A stretch of DNA of 64,000 bases from Octopus vulgaris (taxonomy: Eukaryota): the NCBI GenBank assembly GCA_951406725.2, contig OX597815.1:147250001-147314000 (forward strand), written 5' to 3'. A program made the position numbers and the translations under genes. Positions within the stretch are counted from its first letter, which is position 1. Each line of letters begins with the position of its first letter. Positions 37,624 to 52,464 of this stretch are shown one piece after another. The notes below the pieces were generated by a model, which did not search any database, was not told where the DNA came from, and worked only from the letters and a program-made list of their open reading frames with translations.

Positions 37624-39729
37624 GTCTATCTATCTATGTAACATCAGTGATAATTTAGAATGTTGTTTCCTAGAACTTACATATTTAGCGGCTAGAAAAA
37701 CAGACCTTGGTTTGTAGACAAGTCATATTTATACATAAGTTTCCGTCTATTAGATATTAACAGCAAAAGAAAGTGTAACTAAACAAGCTGTGCAGTTCAC
37801 GAAAATTACGTATACGAATAGGATTGCGAATAATTATGACAATTGTAATCTGCAAAGTTATGATAAAATGAACCAAGGGAAATAACTAAAATTGGCCAAA
37901 GGATAGAATTTAGATAATTGAATGCTGCAGAATGCCGTACGCAAGGAATTAATAATTAATTGACATTTTCCTTCTAAAGAAGTGAAGGAAAACCTAGCAA
38001 CTGTCAAAGAAAACAGGGGCGAATTTTAAGAAATCAGTAATAGAATCTTTCAAAGTTAATTTCCATGAGTATGGAAAGAAACGTCTGATAATTGCTTGCA
38101 AACAAGGAATAACGATGGACATACTTCAGGCAATTGCAACGCCTCAGTATACTAGAGTCTGACAATGGCTGCAAGTCTCTTTCAGTGGAGTTTACATATA
38201 GAAAATCGCGTATGAATGATTATTAGCCTCCATAATTTGAATAAACATTAAATAAGTGGTATATAACAACTATTCGTCTTAGTCATATATACCACAAACA
38301 AGTTGAATTTACCTCAGATATATATACCTGAACTAAATTATAGTTACGTAAGGTGCGTATACTTCAAATAAGGCATTTTAACCCGGATATATGGGCTTTG
38401 TGTGTAGGTAACATGTTTATGTTTGTATGGTCCGATTGCTTATTATTGTTGTCGATGTTGCTGACATTCGCTTGTGCCGAGCGCATGGGACCATAAACGC
38501 CGTAAATTGCAGATTCAGTGACGAGGAAGAAAGAAAGGCAAAATCGTTAGCATGTCGGATGAAATACTGACCAGCAAATTGCATGATCTTGATGGATGTC
38601 TTAAAGGTTTCGTTTATGTGGCTTGATCCGCAACTGTTTTATAAGATATTTACAACTAATAGCAGCATTTCTATGTGCTGATGAGTGATATCACTGCTGC
38701 GAAAGGACAGAAAAAAAGAAGAACCACATTGAAAACTTTTGCTCAAATATTCAGCGTACATTTTGACGCTCGTCATGAATGACCTTGCAGTATCCATATG
38801 CCATTCCATATTGATCTATTTTAGTGTATCTCCACTTCGTTCAATAAATCATAGAGACAGTAAAAAACGTGACATTGCTGGAACCTGATCAACTTAGGTC
38901 AATTGAAAATCTTCAATAGGACTGACAGTCAAAAGAAAAATGTTTCGGTCACATCCTCCGTAACTGGATTACCACAATGTACAGCAATAGCTGTTTAGTG
39001 GTTACAGTAAAATCCACCTTTCGAAACAATTCAAACCCACGTGCTTGTTTCGTTAAAAAGTGTTCATTCTCGTGCCTTCTCTATGTACTTATTCGGAGAC
39101 GCTTCTGTAGAATGTAGAGACGTTTAAGAATCTAGACATCCTGCACGTGGAAGGTCTCTGTTCGCATATACATACACGACTAGTGTCGGGCATCAACCAC
39201 ATAGAGGTGTCAGACACCGCTCTAATTAAGTACAATTAACGAAGATAAGTCAATGGACCTACAGATTAGACTTGGAGATGCAGGTCTATGAACTTAAATC
39301 CTGTTGTAAGTTACTGAGAGACTGACCGACACAATTGTGAAAGATAGAGAAATCTGGGCAGCGAAACGGTTCAGTGTTTTCAGAATACTAAAAGAAAACA
39401 ATTCCATACAGATGTTAGAATGAGGACTGTGTCTGAATGCGAAATAACCGATAGCGAGAGGAGGGAAGGTGTGGAAGGTACGCTTGAGTACAGTTTGGTT
39501 GAAGTTATTCAGTTTTAAGTGATGGCAGTAATTACTGTAGAATAGATGGAAAGATTATTTCTGGACTCCCTTTGTATATGCATTTATGTCGCTTTGTGTT
39601 CTACTTTTAATGTCTGCCACATTCAAATTTCTAACATTACTAGTAAAGTAATCTGGTTTATAGCATTACTATTGACAATGGTAATAACACATGTTATTAT
39701 TATTATAATCATCATCATCATCATCATCA

Positions 39730-39788
<59 letters not shown>

Positions 39789-39809
39789 GTTATCATCATC
39801 ATCATCATC

Positions 39810-39873
<64 letters not shown>

Positions 39874-40879
39874 ACAGAAAAAATGCGCTCGGGACTGTTT
39901 TCGTTGGTATATGTCTGGCAATTGTCGATGCATATATTATAGAGTAAATTGACAATATGCTCATGAATTGAACAATGACTCAGTTATAGTTTATTCTGTA
40001 AACAGTAAACCAATCCATGATACATTTAAAAAAAAAGCGATAATGAAAATTGGAGAAGAGATTAGACTGTCAAGGGAAAATGTTGACGAATCTTCACTTG
40101 AGTGAATATGAAAATAGATTCTCTGGTGGGAATCAATGAATTACATTTACCAGTATGAAGAATTGAGTTTTGCTATATTATTGTTTCATTATATATTTAC
40201 TTATAGACGTCTTAAGTGTTTCTAGTGTGCTTTTCATAGCAATTAAAAGAAACTTAAATTAATTTCAGTTACAAGAACGCAATGAATGTCTCACATTACT
40301 GTAGAATTTTTTTTTGCAGACGCAGCCGTCAGCAAATGGTCCCTTTTCATTTACCTCGGTGAATATTTTTATATTTTCCGTTCTTGACGTTCTTGATAAT
40401 GCAACATACACATGAACATGTGCGAAGAATTGTGTTGGGAGATGATATTATTGAATAAATGATTTCAAGGTGGTATCCCAGCATGACCGCAATCTAACAA
40501 AATTTGAAAACTTAATTCTATAAGATAGGGATTATTGTTTTTGCACTACGTAATACTTTAAAAAATAATTTACGCACTACTTTTGTTGTTTTTTCGCTTT
40601 ATTACATTTTTACGGACGCGAAGAAAAGCTTTTTGTTTGCATATGGAATTCAAACAGAATTTGACATTTAAAACAGAAGCGAATCTTGTAATATTAAGCA
40701 TTATAATTTATGTTTAATATACAAATAACCTTTAGAGTATAAAAATGATATAATATTCATTTATAATTTCTTCAAAGTAATATGAATTTTTTTAATAAAG
40801 TGGGGAGAAACAAAAATGGATAGAGTACCGCACTTCTTCGATCAGTTTAATATAGATTATTATTTTTATTATTATTATT

Positions 40880-41686
40880 ATTATCATTAATATTATCATT
40901 GAGTATCCCATATATAGTCAGCAACGTCCTTCTATTTCTGTCTAAGCTGTGGAGCTCATCTACCCTCCATGCGACTACCCCTGCTCTATATCTAAGGTGT
41001 GGAATCGCCCAGGTGTTGATAGCTTCAATCTTATTCCGTCCCTTCAATTTTGAGTTAGGGATCAGTCTATGTCTGCGCAAGTATTCCACCTTAAATTTTT
41101 TCTGTCATTTCTTTCTCCATCAATTTATCCATTTCCAATATCCCCAAGTAGTTATGGCTCGTCTCTTCTATCTACTTTATACCCTCCCCCAACGGTATCG
41201 CTAGCCCGTTCATACATTTGGTTTTGCGTATTGTCAAGACTAACACACTTTTCCCGTCCAAACTTCATTCTAATATCAGCATTGAAAGTATACACCGTAT
41301 CAACGAGGAAACTGATTTGGGATTCATCTTTAACTATAAAGATTGAGGTTATCCACGAATAACAAGCGGTTGGATTTTTGCTGGCGGCTTTTGAATACAT
41401 ACCCACCCTTTGTTTTCCTCAGAATCAGTGTTAGTGTTATCATACACAGTACACGAATGAGCGGTGAGAGACAGTGTCCTTGGAAGATGCTCTCCTGATT
41501 TGTTTTGTCCCTAAAAGTTCATATGCTGTCAATTCCATCGTCCACTTCTCCATACCTTTTCCAAGCAATCGCTCTACAAATAGGTTCATACATCCGATAA
41601 TCCAAGAATATAGAATCATACCGTACGCCTTACGTTAATCGATCCATGACATGGCTAAGTTAGTTTTCCTCCTCTTGCAGTCTCTA
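40880..41686 (-). mobile_element. R4/Dong-clade RT fragment (pseudogenised)
   Basis: The minus strand gives DCKRRKTNLAMSWID*RKAY..SWI, IFQG..LSPL, MKFGREKC and GRNKIEAINTWAIPHLRY..ELHSLDR. It is flanked by TAA-type tracts. Confidence 0.8.
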
Positions 41687-41710
41687 AGTACATTATTATT
41701 GCTATTATTG

Positions 41711-41832
<122 letters not shown>

Positions 41833-42189
41833 TGTAGTAGTAGTAGTAGTAGTAGTAGTAGTATCATCATTATTATTTAATTGATTTGTTCAATGGTATG
41901 CCACGAAATATATGGGCTTTTAGATGAAGTTGCGTGAGCTATGTTTGATAGCTGAAGTATTTTGTAGTTACTGTTTGATGTAGTTCTTTATCATTCCGCT
42001 GTTAATAATGTAGCCTTTCTATACCCATTTGCCCTTGTTACTTCTTTTAGTAATCAAATATAAAATTTATGTATAAGCTTACTAAGTGATCATAACAATG
42101 TTGCTAATATAATTATTTACTTAGAGATATAACAATTGAGAACAATCTGAGAATACACATACAGTCTCTCTCCTTCTCTCCCTATCTCC

Positions 42190-42264
<75 letters not shown>

Positions 42265-42428
42265 GCATATATATATATTATATGTTTGCCTGTCTCTCCT
42301 CTTTCTCTTAATCTCCCTATCCAAAGTCATTATAACCATTCTTGCTAATCCTATACATTTGTTCTTAAGTAGCGTAATATAAATCACGGAATGAACTCTA
42401 AACTTCTGTCCAAGATTAAATATTAGAT

Positions 42429-42516
<88 letters not shown>

Positions 42517-42548
42517 GCAGGCACACATAAACATACACACACACACAA

Positions 42549-42605
<57 letters not shown>

Positions 42606-42636
42606 TATATTTATGTGTTTACATAAAAATACACAC

Positions 42637-42720
<84 letters not shown>

Positions 42721-45024
42721 ATTTTTATGTGTGCCTGCATAAATATAATTTCATTTAACAAAATCTTAGCCCAGTATGTTTAAGTTAAAGACTGAGCTAA
42801 GTTTTATTCGAATTTCTGAATTATCACACGGTTTTATTTACTAACACTTCATCAGCGGCCCTATGTCTACGATACATCAAATTTCAACACGCTTCATATA
42901 CATACGCATATCAAAGCACAATCAAGTCAGTGCGTTACCTAAATATGAAGTGTAGTGGCTGCCTGCATTGCACATATGGAAATGTTAACAAATTTCAACA
43001 ATGACTTTTAAATAACAATTGTATTTATTGTCTATAATATAGATGTATGGACGATATATATATATATATATATATATACATTCTTTCATTTATTTATTCC
43101 GATTTCGAAATCTCTTTTTATTGATGATGTTTCTTAAATTGTTGATATCATTGTTGATGTGATGGTAGCTAAGAAGCGGTTCAATGTAACCCTGAATGTA
43201 ATTTACATTCATATCTAAACAACATAGCAATTACTTTCTAAAAGATCTACAAATGCATTTGCTAACTCCCTATAGCCCATTTTGTTGTCGAACTCTTGTA
43301 AATTTTAAACTCCCCATTTAGAATGCGGTATCTCATTCTTCCAGGAGCACAGTTTTTGATAGAATCACTGATCGTTCGCTGAAATTTGCTTGCAACCACA
43401 AATGCATCCATCCGCCTAATCACACTATGTACACTTGTTTTCTAGTCAAATTTTCTTTTGGTTTTTCTAATATCACCTTTTGCATTCTGCTTTCAATGAT
43501 TAATCTTCTATCTTAATTATTCCAGCTTTACAGTAACTGCTACGCATTATAAAATACGCAACGTAGCACATTATCTTTCTTGTTATGTACGGATTTCTCT
43601 TGAGTAATTAATTATCTCCGTCTTTTTAAGTGTGATATATATCTCAATTACGTCATGCGCAATATGTTCAGTTATTGCTTGGCTTCAGGTCGTCAACCCT
43701 GATAAACGAAACTTATGATCAAACTTTTTTCAGTAGTAACCATCTCATTTGAATATTTCGCAACTTCATAATCAATTGTACTGTTCAAATTTTGTAAGAC
43801 ACGTTGGTGATACCTTCAGAGATATCTAGTTGAAATTCCTCGGAGATAGACTGTTATCAATGTGGGAGATTTCTCGTTGACTTCAAATATACTTCAAGAC
43901 CTTCCTACTTATCTTAAAATCATCATTTTCATATTTTTCTTATTGTACTCCATTATACACACACTCAGAACGGAACTTGTTATATTTTGTAACTACGTTA
44001 TTTTGAAGTTTAGTGTAGTTAGTCACGAGTCTGTAATAATCTAATCATTGTTACCTTTCATTTATGTTAGTGAAAGAGCGAGAAAAAAAGATGTATCTGT
44101 TGAATTTAAACGAAACAACTATTTTACCAACATTTATTGTTCGAAAGGACAAGTTTATCGCTTTTCTCATTTTATAGCCTTCTCTAATTATACATCACCG
44201 AAAGATAACCGTATCCACATTTATTAGATGTGATTCCTTAGGACTACTGCATTCACGTTGCATATAATAAGAAGCAATTTGCGTCGTGTGTGGTGCTGCT
44301 ATAGCACACAAGCTTCCAAAACCGTATCCAGATTACGATGACCTAACTGATTGGCATAACGTCACTCACGGAGAGACAGCAGCATATGGGTTACATATGT
44401 CTCTCTCTATTCTATTCTCTCTGTTATTTTCTACAACTACTATAATAGCATCTTCTCATTGAAGCTGTTAGGACTTGCGGTACCCCACTCGTTTCTCGTC
44501 ATCTTATCTTTCCCATTCACTTTCAGACCCTGCACTACACAATACACCATATCTATCTTGAACAGAACGTTGTTCCCCTGCGTGTCATTCCAAGATCAGG
44601 AATATACTGCAGATTTTAATTACAGAGTATCATGACACTTATTATGCATTTCATTTGTCTAGGAAATCTTGCGTGTATCACAGTTACTGCCTCTCTCACA
44701 AGATCCAGTAAGTAAGGAAAGAAAACGAAACAAGAGAAAATAACTTCCGTTGGATTCAAAATATATTCTACTTCGTTTTCCAAGATATTTGATGTAAAAT
44801 TGTGCGTTAAAAGAGATATTGTTATACTTAGGGATGGACACATTTTGCCATTTAAACACCCGTACAATATATTTGGTTTTCAATTCAGCTTTATTATCAT
44901 TTTAGTTTCTTTGTCAAAGTTCTTTCTTCACAAACACCATGACATCTTCAACGAGTCTCTGAAGTCGCTGAAGACGTCACAGGATGTGTGAGGAAAGATG
45001 TTTGTCGAAGAAGATTGCCAAAGT

Positions 45025-45220
45025 GTTCGCCACGATAGACCTTTAGCCACTATACCTTTTTCTATTTTCTTTCCCTGTTAATGTTTGTGTTCCTTTCTGT
45101 CGAAGAGTGTAGGCTCGAAACGTAAATGACTGACTCACTTCCCGAGCGTTAAGCTAATACATCTGTTTGTTGTTTACACACCCATATTCTTCTTTTGATT
45201 CTTTGTAAATTCTCATTATA
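45025..45220 (+). mobile_element. Short non-coding element with hammerhead-like motif (45093-45128)
   Basis: cttt-CTGTCGA-a-gagt-gtag-gctc-GAAAcgTA-aatg. The body matches 31965-32172. Confidence 0.7.
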
Positions 45221-45246
45221 TATACATACACACACACACACACACA

Positions 45247-45289
<43 letters not shown>

Positions 45290-47165
45290 TATATACGCAC
45301 ACAAGTACAGACTCACGCATATATGTATATAGAGATATACATACAACTATTCAATTAGTTTTGCTGTACCAATTTACAGACTAATATCATTCGTGTTAAC
45401 CATCTACTCTGTGACAACATACATATATCTTAAACTAGCTAAACTGTGATTTGGGAACACGCTTTTTTGCCAAATGTTTGCGAGTCGAAATTCTTCCCAT
45501 CACTCTTCAATATCGTTTCATTAATAACTAATCATATTCGAATATATCAGGTTTAGGAAAACCACTTATCTAGGTATTCCAACTAACATTTCAGGGGATG
45601 ACATCCTCATTCCCTCTCAACATATTTCATACCAATTAAAAGTCAAAATAACAAATTAAATTAGACAATACGAGGTATAGTTTATCTAAGGAGAATGTGA
45701 TCAAATACCTTGGGTCAAACAACCACAAGTTTATGCATGTGAAGCATGTGCACGTGCTCCCCCGCCACACACGTGTATGTGTATATGTGAATTCATTTGT
45801 ATGCATATATAAACGTATGTGTATGCATGCTCATATACATCCATACATTTTTGTGTGTGTGAGTGTGTACGTGTGTATACACAAATATGTGAACCAACTA
45901 GATACTATCTACTCGTCACTTAACACATTAGAAACAAGTGTATAATCAGTAAAAAGGAAAGGTTGTATTAAGTGCTACTCTATACTATACATCTGATAAC
46001 AAATGTGTTTTTCACAGATGGAAGTTCTTGGATTATAGTTCTACTCGATCAGGGTTGAGCTGGAGTAAAACAACTCAGAGACATATGTTACAAAAAGTTC
46101 AATAGCAAAAAAAATAGAACACTTCAATAAGAGGGAACGTTGCACCAAACCTAAGTTATAGAAGTCATCTTTATATTCTGTAGCAACATACACGAAGACT
46201 TTGAAGGAACTAGAGATGTGTTTCCACATGTTTTTATGGCTTACTATATAAGAAAACGTAAGATGAATAAACAAGTGTAACATTGACGTATATGATTCTG
46301 GCTCACCAGTTCTGATACTGGCTGAGATAGCAAGACAAAGAAGAGTAACAAGAAAAAGGGACACAACAGCAACAAGCATATTCGTTTTAATAAGTGATAA
46401 ACGTAGAATTTGCCTTGACAAAACAGCTAGTTATGTAGTAAAAGGGCTGCAAAGGCTATGAGTATGAACGAAACATGTAAACGGGAGGAAATATGATATT
46501 GAAATGACGATATTAACATAAGCGGTTAGGTATGGAATGGCGAATAAAAATCGATAAATATCGTCTTCAAAGTTAAGAATTCGAACAAGATAAACAAACA
46601 AATAACTAATAAAAAACAAGAAATGAAGAAAAGTGAGGAAACAACAAAGAATAAATACTTAATGTTCAGATTATAATGAAATAAAACACTTCAAAATAGG
46701 CCTATTGATATCTGCCTTCCGCTTTAATATATTATAAAAGTATATTTACATACATATACACACACACATGCAGAAAATGCAAATGTTTATTCGCTCACAT
46801 ACATATATACACATGCACACGTATATATAAAAAAATAAAGAAAGAGAAAACGTTGAGATATTTTCCAAACTATAAACAAAACAACAAAACTAAAATATTA
46901 TTATTATTACTATTGTTGTTGTTGTTAATGATAATAATAAGGATACTGATGATGGTACTCTAGGAAGCTCGCAATATCCCGAATGCACTGCCACTTGCTT
47001 ATCTCCCCCAATTACACATACGAAAAGATTCGTAAACATATAGATATATAACAGTTCCAGAGACACACGCACATATATCATCAATATCAATATATATAGA
47101 TATCTATCCATCCATCCGTCTATCTATCTATCTGTCTATCTATCTATCTATATATCTATCTATTC

Positions 47166-47209
<44 letters not shown>

Positions 47210-47815
47210 GTCTGTCTATCTCTCTACTTACCTCCCTACCTATACGGCACACGTACACTGACAAACAAATCGGCATGCCTATATCCATCTACATATCTAT
47301 ATACAAACATAAAGAAGCACATAGGTCTCTATGTTGGGGATAACATAAGTAGGAAATACACAGACTGTCAATCTCCCTCTTTTCACTGCATTATTTTTCA
47401 ACAATAAAATTGTATTCATGAGAAATTACAATCATATTTCACCTCTTATAACTGTGAGCTAAGAGTACAAAATCAATCCTTTCATCTATCGCAATACAAC
47501 TTACATATTTGACTCTTGTAGACAAATATTTTATTCACAAAACGGTATTATATATATATATATGTGTATGTGTGTGTGTGTGTGTGTAGGTGTGTGTGTG
47601 TGTGTGTGTGTGTAGGTGTGTACATGTAGGTATTAATATATATATGTATATAAATATGTATATATATATTTTATACATATACATGTATACATACATATAT
47701 GTATGTATTAATATATGGATGGATGCGTGGCGTTCAACCAAATAACAATATGAATAATATGTTTCTATCTATGTATAAAGATACATACATACACACACAC
47801 ACATATGTATATGCA

Positions 47816-47879
<64 letters not shown>

Positions 47880-47980
47880 TATATGTGTATATATATATAT
47901 ATACATGCATATATATATATATTAATATATATATATGCATATATGTGTATATATATATTAATATATATATATATATATGC

Positions 47981-48023
<43 letters not shown>

Positions 48024-48614
48024 TATTAATACATACCTATATATGCATATAAATAAATATATATATATATATATTTGTGTGTGCGTTCGTGTGTTTGTGT
48101 GTGTGTGTATATGCATGTATTGGCACAGGGCCCATGAACAGTAAACTACATGAAATACGAAAACAAATGAGTTGAATACGCAAACAATGAGAGAAAGAAA
48201 TGGAAAACAGGACAAGTAACATAACGACTCTTCATCAGTTGTCGACTGCTTATTTACACCTCATTTCAATTATTGGTATCTGAAGATATGTATAAATATA
48301 ATTTGACATAAAACTAAAACATTACTCAATACCTTTAAGTGGAATTCATTTCTATCAAATACTTGCCATTAAATGGTTGCTTATGATTTTGAAGTTTTCA
48401 AAATCATATTGGCTTTCTCCGTTTGCTTTTAGCCTTTAGACAGAAGTATACTGGTATTGTATTTGATTTTTATACAAACTTGGGCAATTTCTTCCTTTGG
48501 GTACGTGGGGAACTAAGTGGAATGATAATTTTAGCCTGTTGAGACTAGATTCCTGTAGTCGATATGTAGGGTTAGATAGGGAGGAGAGTAGCACCATATG
48601 TGTTTGTAGGTGTA

Positions 48615-48845
48615 TGTGGGGACGTAAAACAGCTGAAACTGCATACGATATCAACGAAACGTTTGGTGAGAAAATGACAAGTGTATGGTAAGTTCGAAAA
48701 TAGTTCAAAGGAATTCGCAGTGGAAACCTGATCCTTGAAGATTGTGAGCAAAATGGACACACATCTGTCATCGATAACGGTCAATTAAAAACCGACCGTC
48801 ATTGAGAATGATCCACGTAAAAACACTCGAGAACTGGCAAAAAAG
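48615..48845 (+). mobile_element. Mariner transposase HTH fragment
   Basis: GRKTAETAYDINETFGE..FK..RSGNL.LED..IDNGQLK..ENDPRKNTRELAK, which resembles the Hsmar1-like N-terminus. Stops are present. Confidence 0.7.
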
Positions 48846-49685
48846 ACTTTAAAAGCTTAACTGAACAAAAGAACTTAACACGAAAACAACTGTGCAAACC
48901 GGTGTGTATCACTCATATGCGTGAAATCCACGGCTCGACATCGATTGCAATCAATCTGCTCCTCTCACTGCATTCTTTTTAAACCTTTAAATTTTATCCA
49001 TGAAGTATTACGTTCATATTTCATAAAAGAATGTAGGTGAATTAGTTCACCTCACAAATGATTGAGGTCAACCGCATGTGTCAGGCCGGGAATGAGCAGT
49101 TGGTGGTGCAACTAGAGTTATATTAGGTAAATGCTTTGGTTAGATCCGAATTTAGATATTAGGCGACTTTGAATATACTAGTAATGACATATTTATAGTA
49201 GTAAGCCCTCTTAATCCTATCGTTCTCAAAACACTGTTTGGAATTTTTTAATAAAATTCTCTACACGAATTTAAGTATTGTGCAAGATATGCAGGGTAAC
49301 CAAGCAATTCATCTGTGATTATTCTTTTCTGGGCGTTGAATCACAGCTGAAATCAACTTAAAGCTGAGTGTCGTGGCCTGAATTTGAAATATTAGATTGC
49401 ACAGCATTTACCATGTGTCAGTGAGCCTTAAACAGTAACACAGTTCCCACATCAAATGAAGCAAAATATTTTCACAATAATTTTTCTCTCCACTCACACA
49501 CTACAGATATATAATTCCCCCCTCTCTTTCTCTATCCACTTCCTTTACACATCTTAAGTTAACAATTTCTCTAAAGATTATTCTATAAATCACTGAACCT
49601 TGAAATTTGCACATTCTCTATCAAGTTCGTTGGTAGTTATACGAACTTCCACCAGGACACACATTTGTGTATAAATATATATATA

Positions 49686-49895
49686 TAAAGGGGTTGGACA
49701 AAATACTGCAAAGACCTAGAATCATAGCATCATCATTTTGAAATATCTATAAAATCGTCAAAACCTTGTTTATTTTTCTATTTTTTGATTTATCATTAGT
49801 GTTGCTTAATATGCTTTGCTAAAATTGCTGTGTTTTTACCAGAAAAAGATAATTAAAATTCATTAAAATGACAGATCTATCGGACTTTCAAAGAG
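49686..49895 (+). mobile_element. 5' end of the same Tc1 family as 3559-4311
   Basis: aaggggttggacaaaatactgcaaagacctag..aaaatgacagatctatcggactttcaaagag, homologous to 3560-3780. Confidence 0.7.
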
Positions 49896-49980
49896 TTTCC
49901 ATTTGTTTCTCTTGTTTTTTTCCGTATTCAACTCATTTGTTTTTGAACTTCATCTAGTTTCATGCAGCTTACTGTTTGTG

Positions 49981-50122
49981 ACGAAGACAGGTAGTGTAGA
50001 CAACAAACAGATGTATTAACGCTCGCGAAGTGAAAAAGTCTTTAACGTTTCGAGCCTACGCTCTTCCACAGAAAGAAACACAGATAAACAAGGATAGAAA
50101 ATAAAGAATGTGTAGTGGCTAG

Positions 50123-50125
<3 letters not shown>
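49981..50125 (-). mobile_element. Short non-coding element with hammerhead-like motif (50040-50075)
   Basis: The minus strand reads cttt-CTGTGGA-a-gagc-gtag-gctc-GAAAcgTT-aaag. Confidence 0.7.
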
Positions 50126-50196
<71 letters not shown>

Positions 50197-50199
<3 letters not shown>

Positions 50200-52384
50200 A
50201 AAATAGTAAAAAGTGAAAAAACTACAGAAGGCTTAAAAGTTAAATATGTCTGAAGAATATTAAAAATTTTTTTTTTTGTTTTTCCTTAAATTGACATAGT
50301 TTAGAAGAAAGACCGGTTTCGCGTTTAGCTTTTCAAATTTCTTGCGACGTTATGTTTATGTTGAATAGAGTTATCGTCATGTTTATGTTTAAAAGAGTTC
50401 TAAATAAGGGGAGGTAATAAGTGATTTCTTCCGGTGTAAGGGAGATAATCGCTTAAAATTTTTTTCTTTTCCCTTGGTGTGAATTTCTCTGTATCAGTAT
50501 GTTGGCATGGTTTAGTCTGGGCTTGTACTTTTCAATGAAGAATGTTTCCTTGTTTAGTCTAATTTGTGTTGATGATCTGATAGCACATTGGTAAAATGGA
50601 AAGATTAAAAATTGTGGTAGTAGTTGCTTTGCGTATTTCTCAATGTGCTCACTAAAAGGTATCATTCTGTATTCTGGGAATGCAATCTGTTGTTGATGCA
50701 GTGTGCATCTACGTCTGAGTGATAGTCCCGTGGATCCCACGTAGTCTTGGTGGAAGCCCGAGCATTTTATGACATAAATTATGTTTTCAGTAAAGAATTC
50801 ATTACTAAATCAATTGAATTCATCCTACATAACAACCACTTCATGTTTGACAATACATTTTACCGTCAAAAATCCGGAATTGCTATGGGTACAAGGGCAG
50901 CACCAGTCATTGTGAACCTAACAATGGGCTACATGGAAATAATCATTTACCAGGAATCTTTATCAATCTTTGGAAACCCCCTTTCTCAATACATAAAAGA
51001 GAATTGGAAACGATTCTTAGACGATTGTTTTATACTCTGGAATGAAAACACAGATAAACTCCTAAAATTTAAAAACCTATTGAACAGCATAAACCCAAAT
51101 ATACAGTTCACAATGGAATACAACCAAAAGGAGCTCCCGTTCTTGGATATACTAATTTAAAAAATTAACCTTAAAATAGAAACAGACATTTTTTACAAAG
51201 CCACAGACGCCAAACAATACCTTCTTTTTAATTCATGCCACCCAAGACACACTAAAACAAACATCCCCTTCAACCTTGCAAGAAGGATATGCACAATAGT
51301 GTCAGAACAAGGAACTTTAGACTGCAAGAACTCAAAAACACCCTAATTGACAGACATTACCCAGCTCAACTCATAGAGGATGGGATCAGACGTGCAACAG
51401 AAATCAAGATAGAAACTTTAAGAAAAGTTCAACACAACAACACACCTTCCCCGAAAATACTACTTTACATATCTACATACAACCCCAGAAACAAAGAAGC
51501 CTTCACCATCATCACCCAGAATTTACCAATACTTCATAAGGACCCCAAATGAAAGGAAATTCTAAACATACACCAAATCATTAATAGCTACAAACAACCA
51601 AAATCACTTAAAAAGATTCTCACAAAGGCAAAATTGTTTTCTGAAATTACGGATGCAAAAGTAAAAAAATGTGGTAGATCGAACTGTGCAACATGTCCAA
51701 ACCTGCTAGAAGGATCAGAATTCCTCTTTAAAGAGGGACAGAAATTCAAGATCAAATCTAACTTTACTTGTGCCTCTGAAAACATCATTTATGTCATAAA
51801 ATGCTCGGGCTGCCACCAAGACTACGTGGGATCCACGGGACTATCACTCAGACGTAGATGCACACTGCATCGACAACAGATTGCATTCCCAGAATACAGA
51901 ATGATACCTTCTAGTGAGCACATTGAGAAATGCGCAAAGCATCTACTACCACAATTTTTAATCTTTCCATTTTACCAATGTGCTATCGGATCATCAACAC
52001 AAATTAGACTAAACAAGGAAACATTCTTCATTGAAAAGTACAAGCCCAGACTAAACCATGCCAACATACTGATACAGAGAAATTCACACCAAGGGAAAAG
52101 AAAAATATTTTAAGCGATTATCTCCCTTACACCGGAAGAAATCACTTATTACCTCCCCTTATTTAGAACTCTTTTAAACATAAACATAACGATAACTCTA
52201 TTCAACATAAACATAACGTCGCAAGAAATTTGAAAAGCTAAACGCGAAACCGGTCTTTCTTCTAAACTGTCATTGTAAGGAAAAAAAAAAAATTTAATAT
52301 TCTTCAGACATATTCACGCAAATATATATATATATTTTTAACCTTTAAGCCTTCTGTAGTTTTTTCACTTTTTACTATTTTCTA
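50197..52384 (+). mobile_element. Penelope-like element (Neptune-type), 5'-truncated, with inverted pseudo-LTR
   Basis: Body 50791-52113 has RT motifs YRQKSGIAMGT, WKRFLDDCFILW, LPFLDILI and YL.FNSCHP, a CGRSNCATC linker and a GIY-YIG endonuclease (IIYVIKC..YVGST..RR..H). 50197-50790 is the reverse complement of 51776-52384. Stops and frameshifts are present. Confidence 0.93.
52223..52261 (+). ncRNA. Putative minimal type-I hammerhead ribozyme in the Penelope 3' UTR (mirror copy at 50305-50343, minus strand)
   Basis: aagaaa-t-TTGAAAA-gc-taaac-gc-GAAA-ccgg-TC-tttctt: stem I aagaaa/tttctt, 2-bp stem II, palindromic stem III and a GUC site. It has U3/A8 in place of C3/G8. Confidence 0.5.
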
Positions 52385-52418
52385 TATATTCAACCACGTG
52401 CTTTCACAAACCAACTTT

Positions 52419-52464
<46 letters not shown>

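Noticed and set aside
38430-39330. Possible ancient RTE-like RT remnant
   Set aside because: It shows only vague motif resemblance and slightly higher GC. It cannot be supported without a profile search.
44230-44540. Possible solo LTR (TG...CA)
   Set aside because: No matching 4-6-bp TSD, no second copy, and no PBS or PPT is visible.
46041-46421. 126-aa ORF with a hydrophobic, signal-peptide-like N-terminus
   Set aside because: It has a non-ATG start, no recognisable domain, and its hydrophobicity follows from the T-rich strand.
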